Source: Chloroflexota bacterium
Lineage (GTDB): Bacteria > Chloroflexota > Chloroflexia > QHBQ01
Assembly (NCBI GenBank): GCA_043754535.1
Contig: JAYUUN010000085.1
Location: 1 to 32,377 of the forward strand
Length of the DNA stretch: 32,377 nt
Direction of reading: 5' to 3'
Part shown: positions 1 through 8,971 of the stretch, piece by piece
How the letters are laid out: each line of letters begins with the position of its first letter
Position numbering within the stretch: the stretch's first letter is position 1
The notes under the pieces: model-generated
Databases searched by the model: none
What the model saw: only the letters and a program-made list of their open reading frames with translations
What the model was told of the DNA's origin: nothing
Translations under genes and position numbers: made by a program

Positions 1-915
1 CAGGTCGGCGGCGATGCCCTCCTTGACGACCACTGGCTTGAGGCCATCGCCCTGGTAGTGGAGGCGGTAGTTAAACTGCAACTCGCTACCGATGTAGACC
101 CCAGGTAGCCCCTTCGCGTTGGCCCGCATCTCTATTGCGTCCATGTCACTGACATTGCTGGCGATCTGGATTGGGCGGTCAATTGGTAGGGTGCGGCCAG
201 CGATCAGCCGGGCGATGGTGGCCGCGTCGGGTTGGTTGTTGAGGATAGTCGCCAGTTCGGTGTAGAGCTTCTGGCGCGCTACCTGGTCGGCCTCCAGATC
301 GTCACCCTTGCCCTTCGTCGGCAGTTCGGCGGGGATGATGTAGGCGATAGTAGCTGCGCCGGTCAGGTCGCTCAGCTGCCGCCAGACCCGCTCACTGCCA
401 TCAGCCAGCAGCAGAGGGGTCTGCGCACCACCAGCCCGCTCCTTGACTAGCTGGCGAGTGAGGGCCGCTTCCACCGCTTCCGAGAGGTCAGTCGCCAGCA
501 GGACAGGATGGTAGGGGCGTTTGGGGTCGGCAGCCCCCACTATTTTGGCGATCTCTACCCCGCCGAGGCCGCTGCGCGCAAGGCTGACAGCGAGGCCGTC
601 GTAGAAGGACTGGCGGGCTGCGGAGTCGGTCGGCAACCAGCAGGGCAGCAGATAGAGATCAGTAGTGCTGGGTAGGTCAGCATCGGTGACGGCGATTGCC
701 TGCTCTGGCAGGTTGGCGACCAGTTGTAGGCCGTTGCGGTCGTAGACCACCCCCCGGCTGGGGTTGGTGTAGACATCGCGGCGGCGGTTGTTGACCGCTT
801 GCGCCTTCCATTTAGCCGCATCTATGAACTGGACGTAGGCCAACTGCCCCGCTAGCACGATCACGCTGAGGACGAGGAAGATATGGAAGGGAGCAAGGTT
901 TGGCGTTCTTCTCAT
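1..915 (-). CDS. mrdA: Penicillin-binding protein 2, N-terminal part (runs off window start)
   Basis: Not in the ORF track. Hand translation from ATG at 915 (RBS GGAG) is open to position 1: MRRTPNLAPFHIFLVLSVIVLAGQLAYVQF...NNRRR...PSRGVVYDRNGLQLVAN, i.e. a TM anchor plus the PBP dimerisation motif RG.IYDRNG. Lies directly after mreD. Confidence 0.9.
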   Translation of the reverse strand, partial: MRRTPNLAPFHIFLVLSVIVLAGQLAYVQFIDAAKWKAQAVNNRRRDVYTNPSRGVVYDRNGLQLVANLPEQAIAVTDADLPSTTDLYLLPCWLPTDSAARQSFYDGLAVSLARSGLGGVEIAKIVGAADPKRPYHPVLLATDLSEAVEAALTRQLVKERAGGAQTPLLLADGSERVWRQLSDLTGAATIAYIIPAELPTKGKGDDLEADQVARQKLYTELATILNNQPDAATIARLIAGRTLPIDRPIQIASNVSDMDAIEMRANAKGLPGVYIGSELQFNYRLHYQGDGLKPVVVKEGIAADL

Positions 916-968
916 CTTTTACTCCGTAAGGTAGTCAGTCACAGAGCGCGACAGGATAGCTGGATCGC

Positions 969-1508
969 TCATTGCCACTCCGAGGGCAGTTGGGGAGCTA
1001 GGCGGCGGCTCAACCAACCAATCAGGCTATAGAACAGCGGGGCGAGCAGGGTGTTGATCACTACGCTGGGCAACACCTGGCGTAGCAGGGCGGTGGTTGG
1101 GTTGCTGATCAGGAACGACAGGTTGACGAAGGCAAGCAGCAGCAGGCGGTAGAGCAGGGTGGCAAAGGCAGTAGTGGCTAGTGGCATGATTAGGTTCGCT
1201 TCAAAGATATTGTTCTGGCCGAGGCTAGCAGTAAGGGCGACCGCGATCAGGAGCAGACTGCTGACTCCTAGCAATCCCGTGCCACCTACCATCACTGTTG
1301 GTTGCAGGAAGTCGAGCAGGAGGCCACCCCCGAAGGCCCAGAGCAAACCTTCGCGCAGCCCACGCACTAGAGTGAGGGCGATCACCAGCACCAACACCAG
1401 GTCGGCCTTCAGCACCAACTGGTTGACGCTGATCTCCTGAGTTTGCAGCAGCCCTGCCCCGAACAGGCTGACAACGAGGATCAGGTAGAAGAAGCTACTG
1501 CGTACCAA
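969..1508 (-). CDS. mreD: Rod shape-determining protein MreD
   Basis: Hydrophobic 179 aa with DLVLVLVI..T..RG..EGLLWAF.GGLLLD, between mreC and PBP2. The TTG start overlaps the mreC stop; exact start uncertain. Confidence 0.88.
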   Translation of the reverse strand: MVRSSFFYLILVVSLFGAGLLQTQEISVNQLVLKADLVLVLVIALTLVRGLREGLLWAFGGGLLLDFLQPTVMVGGTGLLGVSSLLLIAVALTASLGQNNIFEANLIMPLATTAFATLLYRLLLLAFVNLSFLISNPTTALLRQVLPSVVINTLLAPLFYSLIGWLSRRLAPQLPSEWQ

Positions 1509-2331
1509 TATTGACCAGCACCGAGTTTAGCGTGTTGGTGTCTACCAATGGGTTGATCATCGCCTCCTGCTCCATGTTGATGTCCAACTGGCGCACCGTG
1601 ATCACCTGGCCGAGCAGCAGCCCTTTCGGGAAGGTGCCACCAGTACCGCTAGTGATGATCAGGTCGCCCTTGCCGACGTAATCGCCCTGGCGCACATGGG
1701 TGAGCAGGAGAGTGCCGCCCTGCTGGGCGCGTCCCTCTAGCACGCCGTCTACGTTGGTGCGCTGCACCAGCACTCCCACTTTGCTGCTGGTGTCGGTCAG
1801 CAGCAGGATCACGGCACGGTGCGGCTCGACCGCCTGTACTTGGCCGATCATGAAGCCAGAGGGCGAGAGGATCGCCATGCCTACCTTGACCCCATCTGCC
1901 TCTCCCCGGTCAATAGTGATTGCCTGCTTGATGCCTACGGTGTCGTGACCCAACACCTGGGCAGGCAGGTTGAGCAGGTCGGGGCGCAGTTGCTTGAAGG
2001 CCAGCATCCGCCGCAACTCCTCGTTCTCACGGGCGTAGCGTTGGTTCTGCGCCTGCTCCGCCATCAACCCTTCGTTGACCTGTTTGAGTTCTGCGTTCTC
2101 GCTCTTGATCTTCTGCGCGTCAATCAGTGCGCCAAAGAAGCCGCTAACACTGCTACCCGCGTCGCTAACCGAGCGTTGCAAGGGGGCAAGTACACCTCTG
2201 ACTGTAGCCTGCAAGCTGTCCAGCTTGCGCCCACTGCTGAGCAGGATCAGCAGCAGGCTGACCCCGACCAGCACTAGTAGCAGTACGACAGTGCGCCCGA
2301 AGCCGAGTGGCCGTTCGCCAGACGTTCTCAT
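1495..2331 (-). CDS. mreC: Rod shape-determining protein MreC
   Basis: N-terminal TM, coiled coil (ENAELK..ENEELRRML), and motifs ITIDRGEADGVKVGM and ITSGTGGTFPKGL. Confidence 0.95.
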   Translation of the reverse strand: MRTSGERPLGFGRTVVLLLVLVGVSLLLILLSSGRKLDSLQATVRGVLAPLQRSVSDAGSSVSGFFGALIDAQKIKSENAELKQVNEGLMAEQAQNQRYARENEELRRMLAFKQLRPDLLNLPAQVLGHDTVGIKQAITIDRGEADGVKVGMAILSPSGFMIGQVQAVEPHRAVILLLTDTSSKVGVLVQRTNVDGVLEGRAQQGGTLLLTHVRQGDYVGKGDLIITSGTGGTFPKGLLLGQVITVRQLDINMEQEAMINPLVDTNTLNSVLVNIGTQ

Positions 2332-2393
2332 CGCGTGCGCTCTCTTTCTAGCTAACCAGCCTTCAAGGTTAGTAGGGCAGTGATCCCTGCGGG

Positions 2394-3455
2394 CTAGTTA
2401 GTCTTGATCCGCCTGGTCTGGCTGGTAGCATTAAGGATTTTGCGGTAGGAGGGCAGGTCTTCTACAATGCGGCCCGTCCCACGCACCACGCAACTGAGCG
2501 GGTCATCAGCGACGTGGACTGGCATACGGGTCTCCTGCTGCAAGCGGCGATCCATGCCTTTGAGCAACGCCCCACCGCCCGCCAGGGTGATGCCGTTCTC
2601 CATGATGTCGGCCACCAGTTCCGGTGGGGTCTCCTCCAACGACTGTTTGACCACTTCGATGATCGAGTTGATCGGCCCAGCCATTGCTTCACGCAACTCT
2701 ACGCTGCTGACCTCTACCGACTTGGGCAGGCCAGTGAGCAGGTCGCGGCCTCGCAGGACGACCCGAATCTCCTCCTCCAGCGGTGCAGCAGAGCCAGCCG
2801 CGATCTTGGCGGCTTCGGCCATGCGCTCGCCGATCAGCAGGTTGTGTTCGCGGCGGGCGTACTGCATCACCGCTTCGTCAATCTCGTCGCCAGCGGTGCG
2901 AATCGAGTGGTTGATCACGATACCGCCGAGCGAGATAACCGCGACTTCGGTCGTGCCGCCGCCGATGTCCACCACCATGCTGCCGACCGACTCCTGCACG
3001 GGCAAGCCCGCGCCGATAGCGGCAGCCATTGGCTCCTCAATCGGGTAGGCCGCCCGTGCGCCAGCCTGGATCGCTGCGTCGTGGGCGGCGCGCTTCTCCA
3101 CCTCGGTTACGCCGCTGGGGATGCCAACAACGACGGTGGGGGCGGAACTGAAGCCGCCGCGATGCACCTTCTTGATGAAGTATTCGAGCATCATCTGCAC
3201 GATGTCGAAGTCGGCGATCACCCCATCCTTCATTGGGCGGATGGCGATGATATTGCCGGGGGTCTTGCCAACCATCGCCTTCGCCTCAGCCCCGACTGCG
3301 ATGCGCTGGCGGGTCTTGCGGTCGATAGCGACCACGCTCGGTTCGGAGATAACCACCCCCTTGCCGCGCACGTGGACGAGTGTATTCGCGGTGCCGAGGT
3401 CAATGCCGAGGTCACGGCTGAAAACGCCGAGCATACCATCCCAGGGTCTTGCCAA
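2394..3455 (-). CDS. mreB: Rod shape-determining protein MreB
   Basis: GIDLGTANT, EPSVVA, IEEPMAAAIGAG, DIGGGTTE, LAGGGALL. Start placed at TTG 3455 with RBS GAGGAG at 3464-3469 rather than the upstream in-frame ATG at 3587. Confidence 0.97.
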   Translation of the reverse strand: MARPWDGMLGVFSRDLGIDLGTANTLVHVRGKGVVISEPSVVAIDRKTRQRIAVGAEAKAMVGKTPGNIIAIRPMKDGVIADFDIVQMMLEYFIKKVHRGGFSSAPTVVVGIPSGVTEVEKRAAHDAAIQAGARAAYPIEEPMAAAIGAGLPVQESVGSMVVDIGGGTTEVAVISLGGIVINHSIRTAGDEIDEAVMQYARREHNLLIGERMAEAAKIAAGSAAPLEEEIRVVLRGRDLLTGLPKSVEVSSVELREAMAGPINSIIEVVKQSLEETPPELVADIMENGITLAGGGALLKGMDRRLQQETRMPVHVADDPLSCVVRGTGRIVEDLPSYRKILNATSQTRRIKTN

Positions 3456-3701
3456 AGTAGTGACTCCTCTATCCTCTAGTTGGTGGCTAGGGCCACGAGT
3501 ACGGGGCTGATGGTTGGCAGCCTGGCGGACGATGACTACTGCGGGGTAGAGAGCGCGAGGCTGGGAAGACTTGAGCGCAGGGTGCATGGACGTAGCGATG
3601 ATCTAGCGCGAGCGAGCAACGAGCGGCGGGCCAGTAACGAGGCCGGTATAGTACCCGGCGGGCGTGGCAAAGCCGGGGCAAGCAGCCCGCTTCCTGGGGT
3701 G

Positions 3702-3730
3702 ATTATAGACGAGGGCGGGGGGATTGTCAA
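3702..3730 (-). promoter_or_regulatory. Consensus sigma70 promoter for the mre operon
   Basis: Minus strand TTGACA (3730-3725), 17 bp spacer, TATAAT (3707-3702). Confidence 0.85.
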
Positions 3731-3740
3731 GCTGCTAGGT

Positions 3741-5519
3741 TTAAGGTCGCTGTTCTACGTTGACAGAGTGGATATAGTCGCTACAAAGCTTGCCACCCTC
3801 GCATCGAACATAGACGATCTGGTTCTGGTTTATAAGTTCGTGAAGCACCGTCGGACTTCCCCAGTATGGCCCGCCGTCTGGCTTAGACAGCAACCTGCGA
3901 CTACCGGTTTGAAGATCGTAAGCCATAAACCCATAAGTTCTGTACAGACCGTAAGGTTGTGGAGTCGGATCCCAGTTTTGGGAACCCACCGTAATCCACA
4001 TGATCTTGCCTGCCGTGAAGAATGGATCGTAATCATCACCATCGACCAGCGTCTTGCGCTCTGAGGTGCTGATCTGATAAAGGTAAATACCCTTAGCGAT
4101 CTGCTGAGTTGGGTCACTGCCTGACCACACCACATAATCCCCACTGAGGTCGTAGCCAGAGGTGTTGTTGCTCACAAGCTGCTTCGTCTCGCCAGTGCTG
4201 ATGCGGTGAAGGAACAAACCTTGCAGCGTAGCCTCGCCGAGCTTGCCAGTCAGAGACCACGTGGCGTAGTCCCCATCCACTTTGTAGTTGGCAAAGTTGA
4301 AGCCGTTCCGTCTAGCGATCAGCGTATCCTTGCTCTCGGTGGCTGGGCTGATCACGTGCAGACTGTACTCAGTGAAGGGGTCTTGGTCGTAGCTGTTGGC
4401 TTCGTTCCAGAGCAAGAGGCCATCCTTAACCTTGAAATCTACAATGCGGTTGGTCGTGCTTACCACTACACGCTCGTTGCGGCCATCAAGGTCGGTTGCG
4501 TAGATGCTATTGTTGAGGATGAAGTAGATTATGTCGCCGTCAACGGCAGGCTTGCTAATCACCCCACCTTCCAAATGCTTCACGGGGGTAATTACTTCCG
4601 CACGAATGTCGTATCGTAGCAAGTTGGTGTATGTGGGAGGATTAGGCCAGTAATTGGGTGAACGATCCACCCACACCATGTTTCTCCCATCCGTAGCTAG
4701 TCTGTCGTTACTCCAAAAAGTAAGTATAGCTTGTTCGTTTGTGAGCAAGTTATAGGTGGCAACCCCGTAGCCTGAGTTGTTGATACTCCAGAAGATGCTA
4801 CTGCCTGCCCCAATAAGCTGATGTACACCACCCGAACTCAACTTAAAGCTAGCTACGGGGGTTGGATTGCTGTAACGCCTGTTGTAAGCGTACTGGCCTA
4901 CTACTGCAATAGTAACGTAGTCGTCGCCTTCGAGCCTAGAATGATTCTCTAGAACTGCCCGCTCAAAGTACTGTACTGATTCAACAAGGTCTGGGTTAAG
5001 GCAGCAACCGTACCTCTTACCTGTAAATAGTAGATCACTACCAGGACCGCTGATGGGCTAGCCAAAAGCAGCCAAGCCGCCGTGCGTCTGCCAGTACTCA
5101 AGAAACTTACCACTCACTGCACAACCAGTTTCGGCAAACACAACGCCGCTAGAGCTACAGTTTTGTCCTCCTACCCGCCGCCCTCGAAGTAGCAGCGTAC
5201 CCAACTGCGCCAGCAGCACATCATACGGCGGCTGGTTCTCCGGGTGCAACTCGAACTCGGCCCGCTCGAAGTATTGCACCGTGTAGGTGTTGCCATCAAG
5301 GAAGGAGACCTCTTGCATCTCCGGGCTGATCGGGTAGCCGAACTGCTCCAAGCCACCATGCTGCTGCCAATAGGCCAGGAACTTGCCGCGCACGGTGTGG
5401 CCGGTCTCGCTGAAGGTGCGTGACTCGCTCTGTCCCTGGACTGGCCTGCCATCGTAGCTGCCAGCCACCAGCACCATGATGCAGACCAACACTGCCAGCC
5501 ACCTGCTCGTTCGCTTCAT
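3741..5519 (-). pseudogene. Secreted protein (signal peptide, 2 ETGH/LGFP-like repeats, beta-propeller-like domain) interrupted by an in-frame TAG at 5058-5060
   Basis: ORFs 5058-5519 and 3741-4841 share a frame and the gap is open: ...GGLAAFG*PISGPG...VQYFERAVLE...ASFKLSSGGVH. The stop falls at the Y of the FGYPIS motif seen in repeat 1. The C-terminus has DGRNMVW/DGDIIYF/DGDYATW/SGDYVVW blade-like repeats. Confidence 0.75.
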
Positions 5520-5582
5520 CGCTCCACCCTCTTTCGCTCTGCTTGCTGATGTAACGTACTCGCTGGGGCCAGGTTGCGCTGC

Positions 5583-5975
5583 TCAGATGCCCAGCTTGGC
5601 GCGGATGAAAGCCCGCACCTCGGTGGCCGCTTGATACGCTCGTTGAGCATCGTTCCTTGTCGCTCGGACAGCTTTTGCTCTTGGGTCAGGATAGCGAAAC
5701 ATTGATACCAGAGGATCGAGCAACACTATCTGGTTGGTAAGCATTTGGCAGGCGACATCCATAGCCTGGCACAGTGCGAGCAGACCAGGCAAGTCGTGCG
5801 TCCGAGCAAAGTTGATGCTGTGTTCGTAGAGAAAAGCCTTCAGATACTTCTCAGCACACTGTTGAGCGTGGTAGCAAGATGATCTATAGATTGGTGGCCG
5901 TGAGTTCATTGTGATGCGGATGGTGCGATAATCATCCTCCGCTATCTCCACCCAGCTAGCTGTCTCTGGCTTCAT
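5583..5975 (-). CDS. HEPN domain protein (putative partner/toxin of MNT)
   Basis: W...AEDDY, CYHAQQCAEKYLKAFL, RTHDL..L and RYP are hallmarks of the PF05168/COG2250-type HEPN. Overlaps the MNT gene end. Confidence 0.9.
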   Translation of the reverse strand: MKPETASWVEIAEDDYRTIRITMNSRPPIYRSSCYHAQQCAEKYLKAFLYEHSINFARTHDLPGLLALCQAMDVACQMLTNQIVLLDPLVSMFRYPDPRAKAVRATRNDAQRAYQAATEVRAFIRAKLGI

Positions 5976-6756
5976 ACAACACTTTGCCTTTGCTGACTAC
6001 ATCGCTCAAGAATATATCACCGTCAGCTACCCGCTCTGCGATTGTTGTTGGTGTGCGAACAATCAAATCAAGTGGAAACTGACGCTTTATAGAAGTAGCA
6101 ATTTTCAAACTCTGCTCCCACTCACTAGATGTATCTAGCACAACCAGCAAATCCACATCGCTGCCAGGGCGTGGCATGCCATAGGCATAGGAGCCAAACA
6201 GAATAATCTTGAGCGGCTTGAACTTCTCGACTATCTCTGCAACAGTATCAGCCATCACCTTGTCAGGCACCAGTTCATAAACGCCATAATAACCAGCTAG
6301 CTTCAAAGCATCCTTTGACCACTGCTCAGAGACATCCAACCTAGCCAACGTTTCTCTCTGTAGCTGTTGCCAGGCTTCTGCATCACTGCCAGGGTGGGCA
6401 TATTTGGTCTTACCACGCCCCACAACCTCCTGCATGAAAAAGTCACCGCCTGCAACACGTTCGCGCACTTCAGCTTCCGTTCGCACCAGCAAGTCCAGAG
6501 CGAAGGGACGGTCGACGGATAGATCGATCTCTACAGCTTGGGCGCGGCCACTCAACTGCGTATCCATCACTACCAGCAGGTCAACATCGCTGCCAGGGCG
6601 TGGCGTACCATATGCATAGGAGCCGAACAGGATGATCCGCTGCGGCTGGAACTTGACGGCTATTGCGCTGACCGTTGCTTCTATAACTTCAGGCGGCACC
6701 AGGTTGTCAATGCCGTAGTAGGGGCGTGAGCTTGCAGTTTGTTGCTCAGTAGCCAT
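5956..6756 (-). CDS. Tandem (two-domain) minimal nucleotidyltransferase, putative antitoxin
   Basis: Two copies of IILFGSYAYG.PRPGSDVDLLVV...LDL.VRT. RBS AGGAGG at 6764-6769. Confidence 0.9.
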   Translation of the reverse strand: MATEQQTASSRPYYGIDNLVPPEVIEATVSAIAVKFQPQRIILFGSYAYGTPRPGSDVDLLVVMDTQLSGRAQAVEIDLSVDRPFALDLLVRTEAEVRERVAGGDFFMQEVVGRGKTKYAHPGSDAEAWQQLQRETLARLDVSEQWSKDALKLAGYYGVYELVPDKVMADTVAEIVEKFKPLKIILFGSYAYGMPRPGSDVDLLVVLDTSSEWEQSLKIATSIKRQFPLDLIVRTPTTIAERVADGDIFLSDVVSKGKVLYEARDS

Positions 6757-6775
6757 TGCGCTACCTCCTGTGATT

Positions 6776-6784
6776 AGTATACCA
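6776..6784 (-). promoter_or_regulatory. Extended -10 promoter for MNT-HEPN
   Basis: Minus strand TGgTATACT just downstream of the pyrD stop and upstream of the RBS. Confidence 0.6.
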
Positions 6785-6787
6785 TAG

Positions 6788-7744
6788 CTACTTTGGCAGA
6801 GCCGCCCCTACGATCTCGCGCACGTCAGCCAACCCCTCTACTAGCAGCCAGCGTTCGAGGCCGTCGAGCAGGTCCAGGGCGGCGTGGGGGTTGGCGAAGC
6901 TGGCCGAGCCGACCTGCACCGCTGTCGCCCCCGCCATCAGGAACTCTAGTGCGTCGTTGGTGCTGGCGATGCCGCCGATGCCGATGATCGGGATGCTGAC
7001 CGCCTGCGCCACCTGGTAGACCAGCCGCAGGGCAATCGGCTTGATCGCTGGCCCGCTCAGACCGCCGAAGGTATTGCCAAGCACGGGCCGCCGCCGCTGC
7101 ACGTCAATCGCCATGCCCTGCACGGTGTTGATCAGCGAAACCGCGTCAGCCCCTGCCGCCTCGACCGCAGAGGCGATGCTGGCAATGTCGGTCACGTTGG
7201 GCGAGAGCTTGATGATCAACGGCAGGCTGCTGGCCCGCCGTACTGCTGCCGTTACCTCGGCTGCCGCCGCCGGGCTGCTGCCAAAGGGTACATTGCCGCC
7301 AGCCACATTGGGGCAGGAGATGTTCACCTCGATGCCCGCTACCCCCTCCCGCCCGTCAAGTTGGTAGGCGAGGTCGGCGTACTCGGCGACCGATTCCGCC
7401 GCGATGTTGACGATCACTGGGGTCTTCCACTTCGCCCACCGTGGGGCGTGTTCGCGCAGCAGCCAGTCCACTCCCCTGTTCTGGAGGCCAATGGCATTGA
7501 GCATCCCCGCCGCCGTCTCTGCCGTGCGTGGCCCAATATTGCCGTCGCGCCCCTCCAGCGTCGTCCCCTTGCAGATGATCGCCCCCAGCCGATGCACATC
7601 CACTAGCTTCGCATACTCGCTGCCATAGCCGAAGGTGCCGCTGGCAACCATCACTGGGTTGCGTAGGTGCAGACCGTGCGGGTTGCGCGGCGCGAGTTCT
7701 ACGCTGAGACTGACCGTCTCTACTGCCTTGCCCTGCTTCACCAT
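6788..7744 (-). CDS. pyrD: Dihydroorotate dehydrogenase family 1B, catalytic subunit
   Basis: ASGTFG, KGTT, GMLNAIGLQN, NISCPNV, KLSPNVTDI, GGLSGPAIKP. ATG 7744 with GAGGTG RBS. Confidence 0.95.
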   Translation of the reverse strand: MVKQGKAVETVSLSVELAPRNPHGLHLRNPVMVASGTFGYGSEYAKLVDVHRLGAIICKGTTLEGRDGNIGPRTAETAAGMLNAIGLQNRGVDWLLREHAPRWAKWKTPVIVNIAAESVAEYADLAYQLDGREGVAGIEVNISCPNVAGGNVPFGSSPAAAAEVTAAVRRASSLPLIIKLSPNVTDIASIASAVEAAGADAVSLINTVQGMAIDVQRRRPVLGNTFGGLSGPAIKPIALRLVYQVAQAVSIPIIGIGGIASTNDALEFLMAGATAVQVGSASFANPHAALDLLDGLERWLLVEGLADVREIVGAALPK

Positions 7745-7792
7745 AAGGTTCACCTCAACTTGCCAGCCATGATTAGCTTCACCCATTAGCTG

Positions 7793-8141
7793 CTAGACTG
7801 CCGCCGCGATCATCGTCCAGAAGGTCGCTACCGCCTGCTGCAAGCGAGTTGGCTGGCTGACCAGCTCCGCTGCGGCAAACTCGTTGCTTTGACCACCACT
7901 ACTCGGCCCGTAATCGCCAGCCTGGTGCAGCAGCCGCCAGCCAAGATGGGGCAACAGTTGCTCCACATCCCAGTGTAGGGGAGGGCAGGTAAGGTAGCAT
8001 CATGCTGATCTGCGCTGCCCACCACGCCTGCCCACCGCGCATCGCCCACCAACCCTGACGGCTGACATTCCAGGCCGCAGCCCGCTGATCCCAGTTGGCG
8101 CGAGCCTGGTTGAGGTACGCTTGTGCGTCCTGCTTAACCAT
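7793..8141 (-). pseudogene. Internally deleted, frameshifted paralog of the adjacent methyltransferase
   Basis: N-part (ARANWDQRAAAWN...AWW...YLP) matches aa 13-53 of the neighbour. After about 7978 another frame gives WDVEQLLPHLGWRLLHQAGDYG.SSGGQSNEF...LQQAVATFWTMIAAAV*, matching its aa 195-254. The SAM-binding core is missing. Confidence 0.85.
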
Positions 8142-8173
8142 TCAATCCCTCTCTGCACCGGGCGCAAGGCTGC

Positions 8174-8953
8174 TCAGATCAGCGAAATTGGTGGCACCGC
8201 GTCGGCGACGATCAGCCAGTTGGTGGCAGCGGTCTGCTGAAAGAGGGTAGGCAGGCCCAGCATCACCTCGCTATCGAACTCGTTGAGTGCGCCGCCCGCC
8301 GTGCCACCGTAGTTGGCCTCCTGGTAGAGCCTGCGCCAGCCCAACACCGGCATGATGCGGTCAACCTCCCAAGGGGTGATGCCGTTGAAGATGTTGGTAA
8401 AGTCGTCTGCCACCGCATCCAGCCCTTGCAGGTGGCGCAACCAGTATTGCCGCTTGATCGGCGAGTTCGCGCCCATCATATTAAGGATCAGCACGCCCCC
8501 CGGCCTCATCACCCGCCGTAGTTCGCGCAGAGCGTAGGCCGGACGCGGCGCGAAGTCTAGCACGCAACGGCAGTTGACCACCGCAAACTGGCCGTCAGCG
8601 TAAGGTAGCGCGTCAATGCTGGCGGCGGTAAACTCAATCGGCGAGGCTGGCTGGTACTGGTCTGCATTCGCCCGCGCAAACTCCACCATCTGCGGGCTGA
8701 GGTCGCAGCCGCTCACGGCGTAACCTTCGCGGGCAAAGAGGACACTGATCTGCCCGTTGCCACAGCCCGCATCAAGCAGTGGCGCAGGCGCATCGGGCAG
8801 GAAGGCCCGCAGTTTGGCGAACCACTCGCCCCACCATGCCGCCGTCTCTGGCGTGTCCCAGTTCTGCAAGTTGCGCTCGTTCCACAAGGGTGCGCGCTCG
8901 TCCCATTCGCGTCGGGTCACGGCTAGCTGCTCGCTGGCCTGTTGCTCATCCAT
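8174..8953 (-). CDS. Class I SAM-dependent methyltransferase
   Basis: LLDAGCGNG, GCDLSPQM, LPYADGQF, ELRRVMRPGG. Confidence 0.92.
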   Translation of the reverse strand: MDEQQASEQLAVTRREWDERAPLWNERNLQNWDTPETAAWWGEWFAKLRAFLPDAPAPLLDAGCGNGQISVLFAREGYAVSGCDLSPQMVEFARANADQYQPASPIEFTAASIDALPYADGQFAVVNCRCVLDFAPRPAYALRELRRVMRPGGVLILNMMGANSPIKRQYWLRHLQGLDAVADDFTNIFNGITPWEVDRIMPVLGWRRLYQEANYGGTAGGALNEFDSEVMLGLPTLFQQTAATNWLIVADAVPPISLI

Positions 8954-8971
8954 CTTGTACCCTCTCCTTTA

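Noticed and set aside
2467..3510. Long plus-strand ORFs opposite mreB (similarly 16447-17406, 21184-21996, 23829-24893)
   Set aside because: Antisense shadows of high-GC conserved genes with no motifs or RBS.
3600..3700. SRP RNA or other known ncRNA (CAGGAAGC motif)
   Set aside because: Lacks the SRP helix 8 context, and no tRNA or riboswitch consensus was recognised.
5058..5060. Genome-wide TAG recoding
   Set aside because: TAG is the natural stop of many conserved genes here (mreB, mreC, pyrD, prs, guaA ending IEWE). No pyl genes are in the window.
3741..6784. Mobile element or integrated island between mreB and pyrD
   Set aside because: Lower GC suggests foreign origin, but no integrase, transposase, terminal repeats or att sites were seen.
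7730..8141. pyrD and the pseudogene both begin MVKQ (ATGGTKAAGCAGG)
   Set aside because: Only about 13 nt with no flanking similarity. Likely chance, so not called a target-site duplication.
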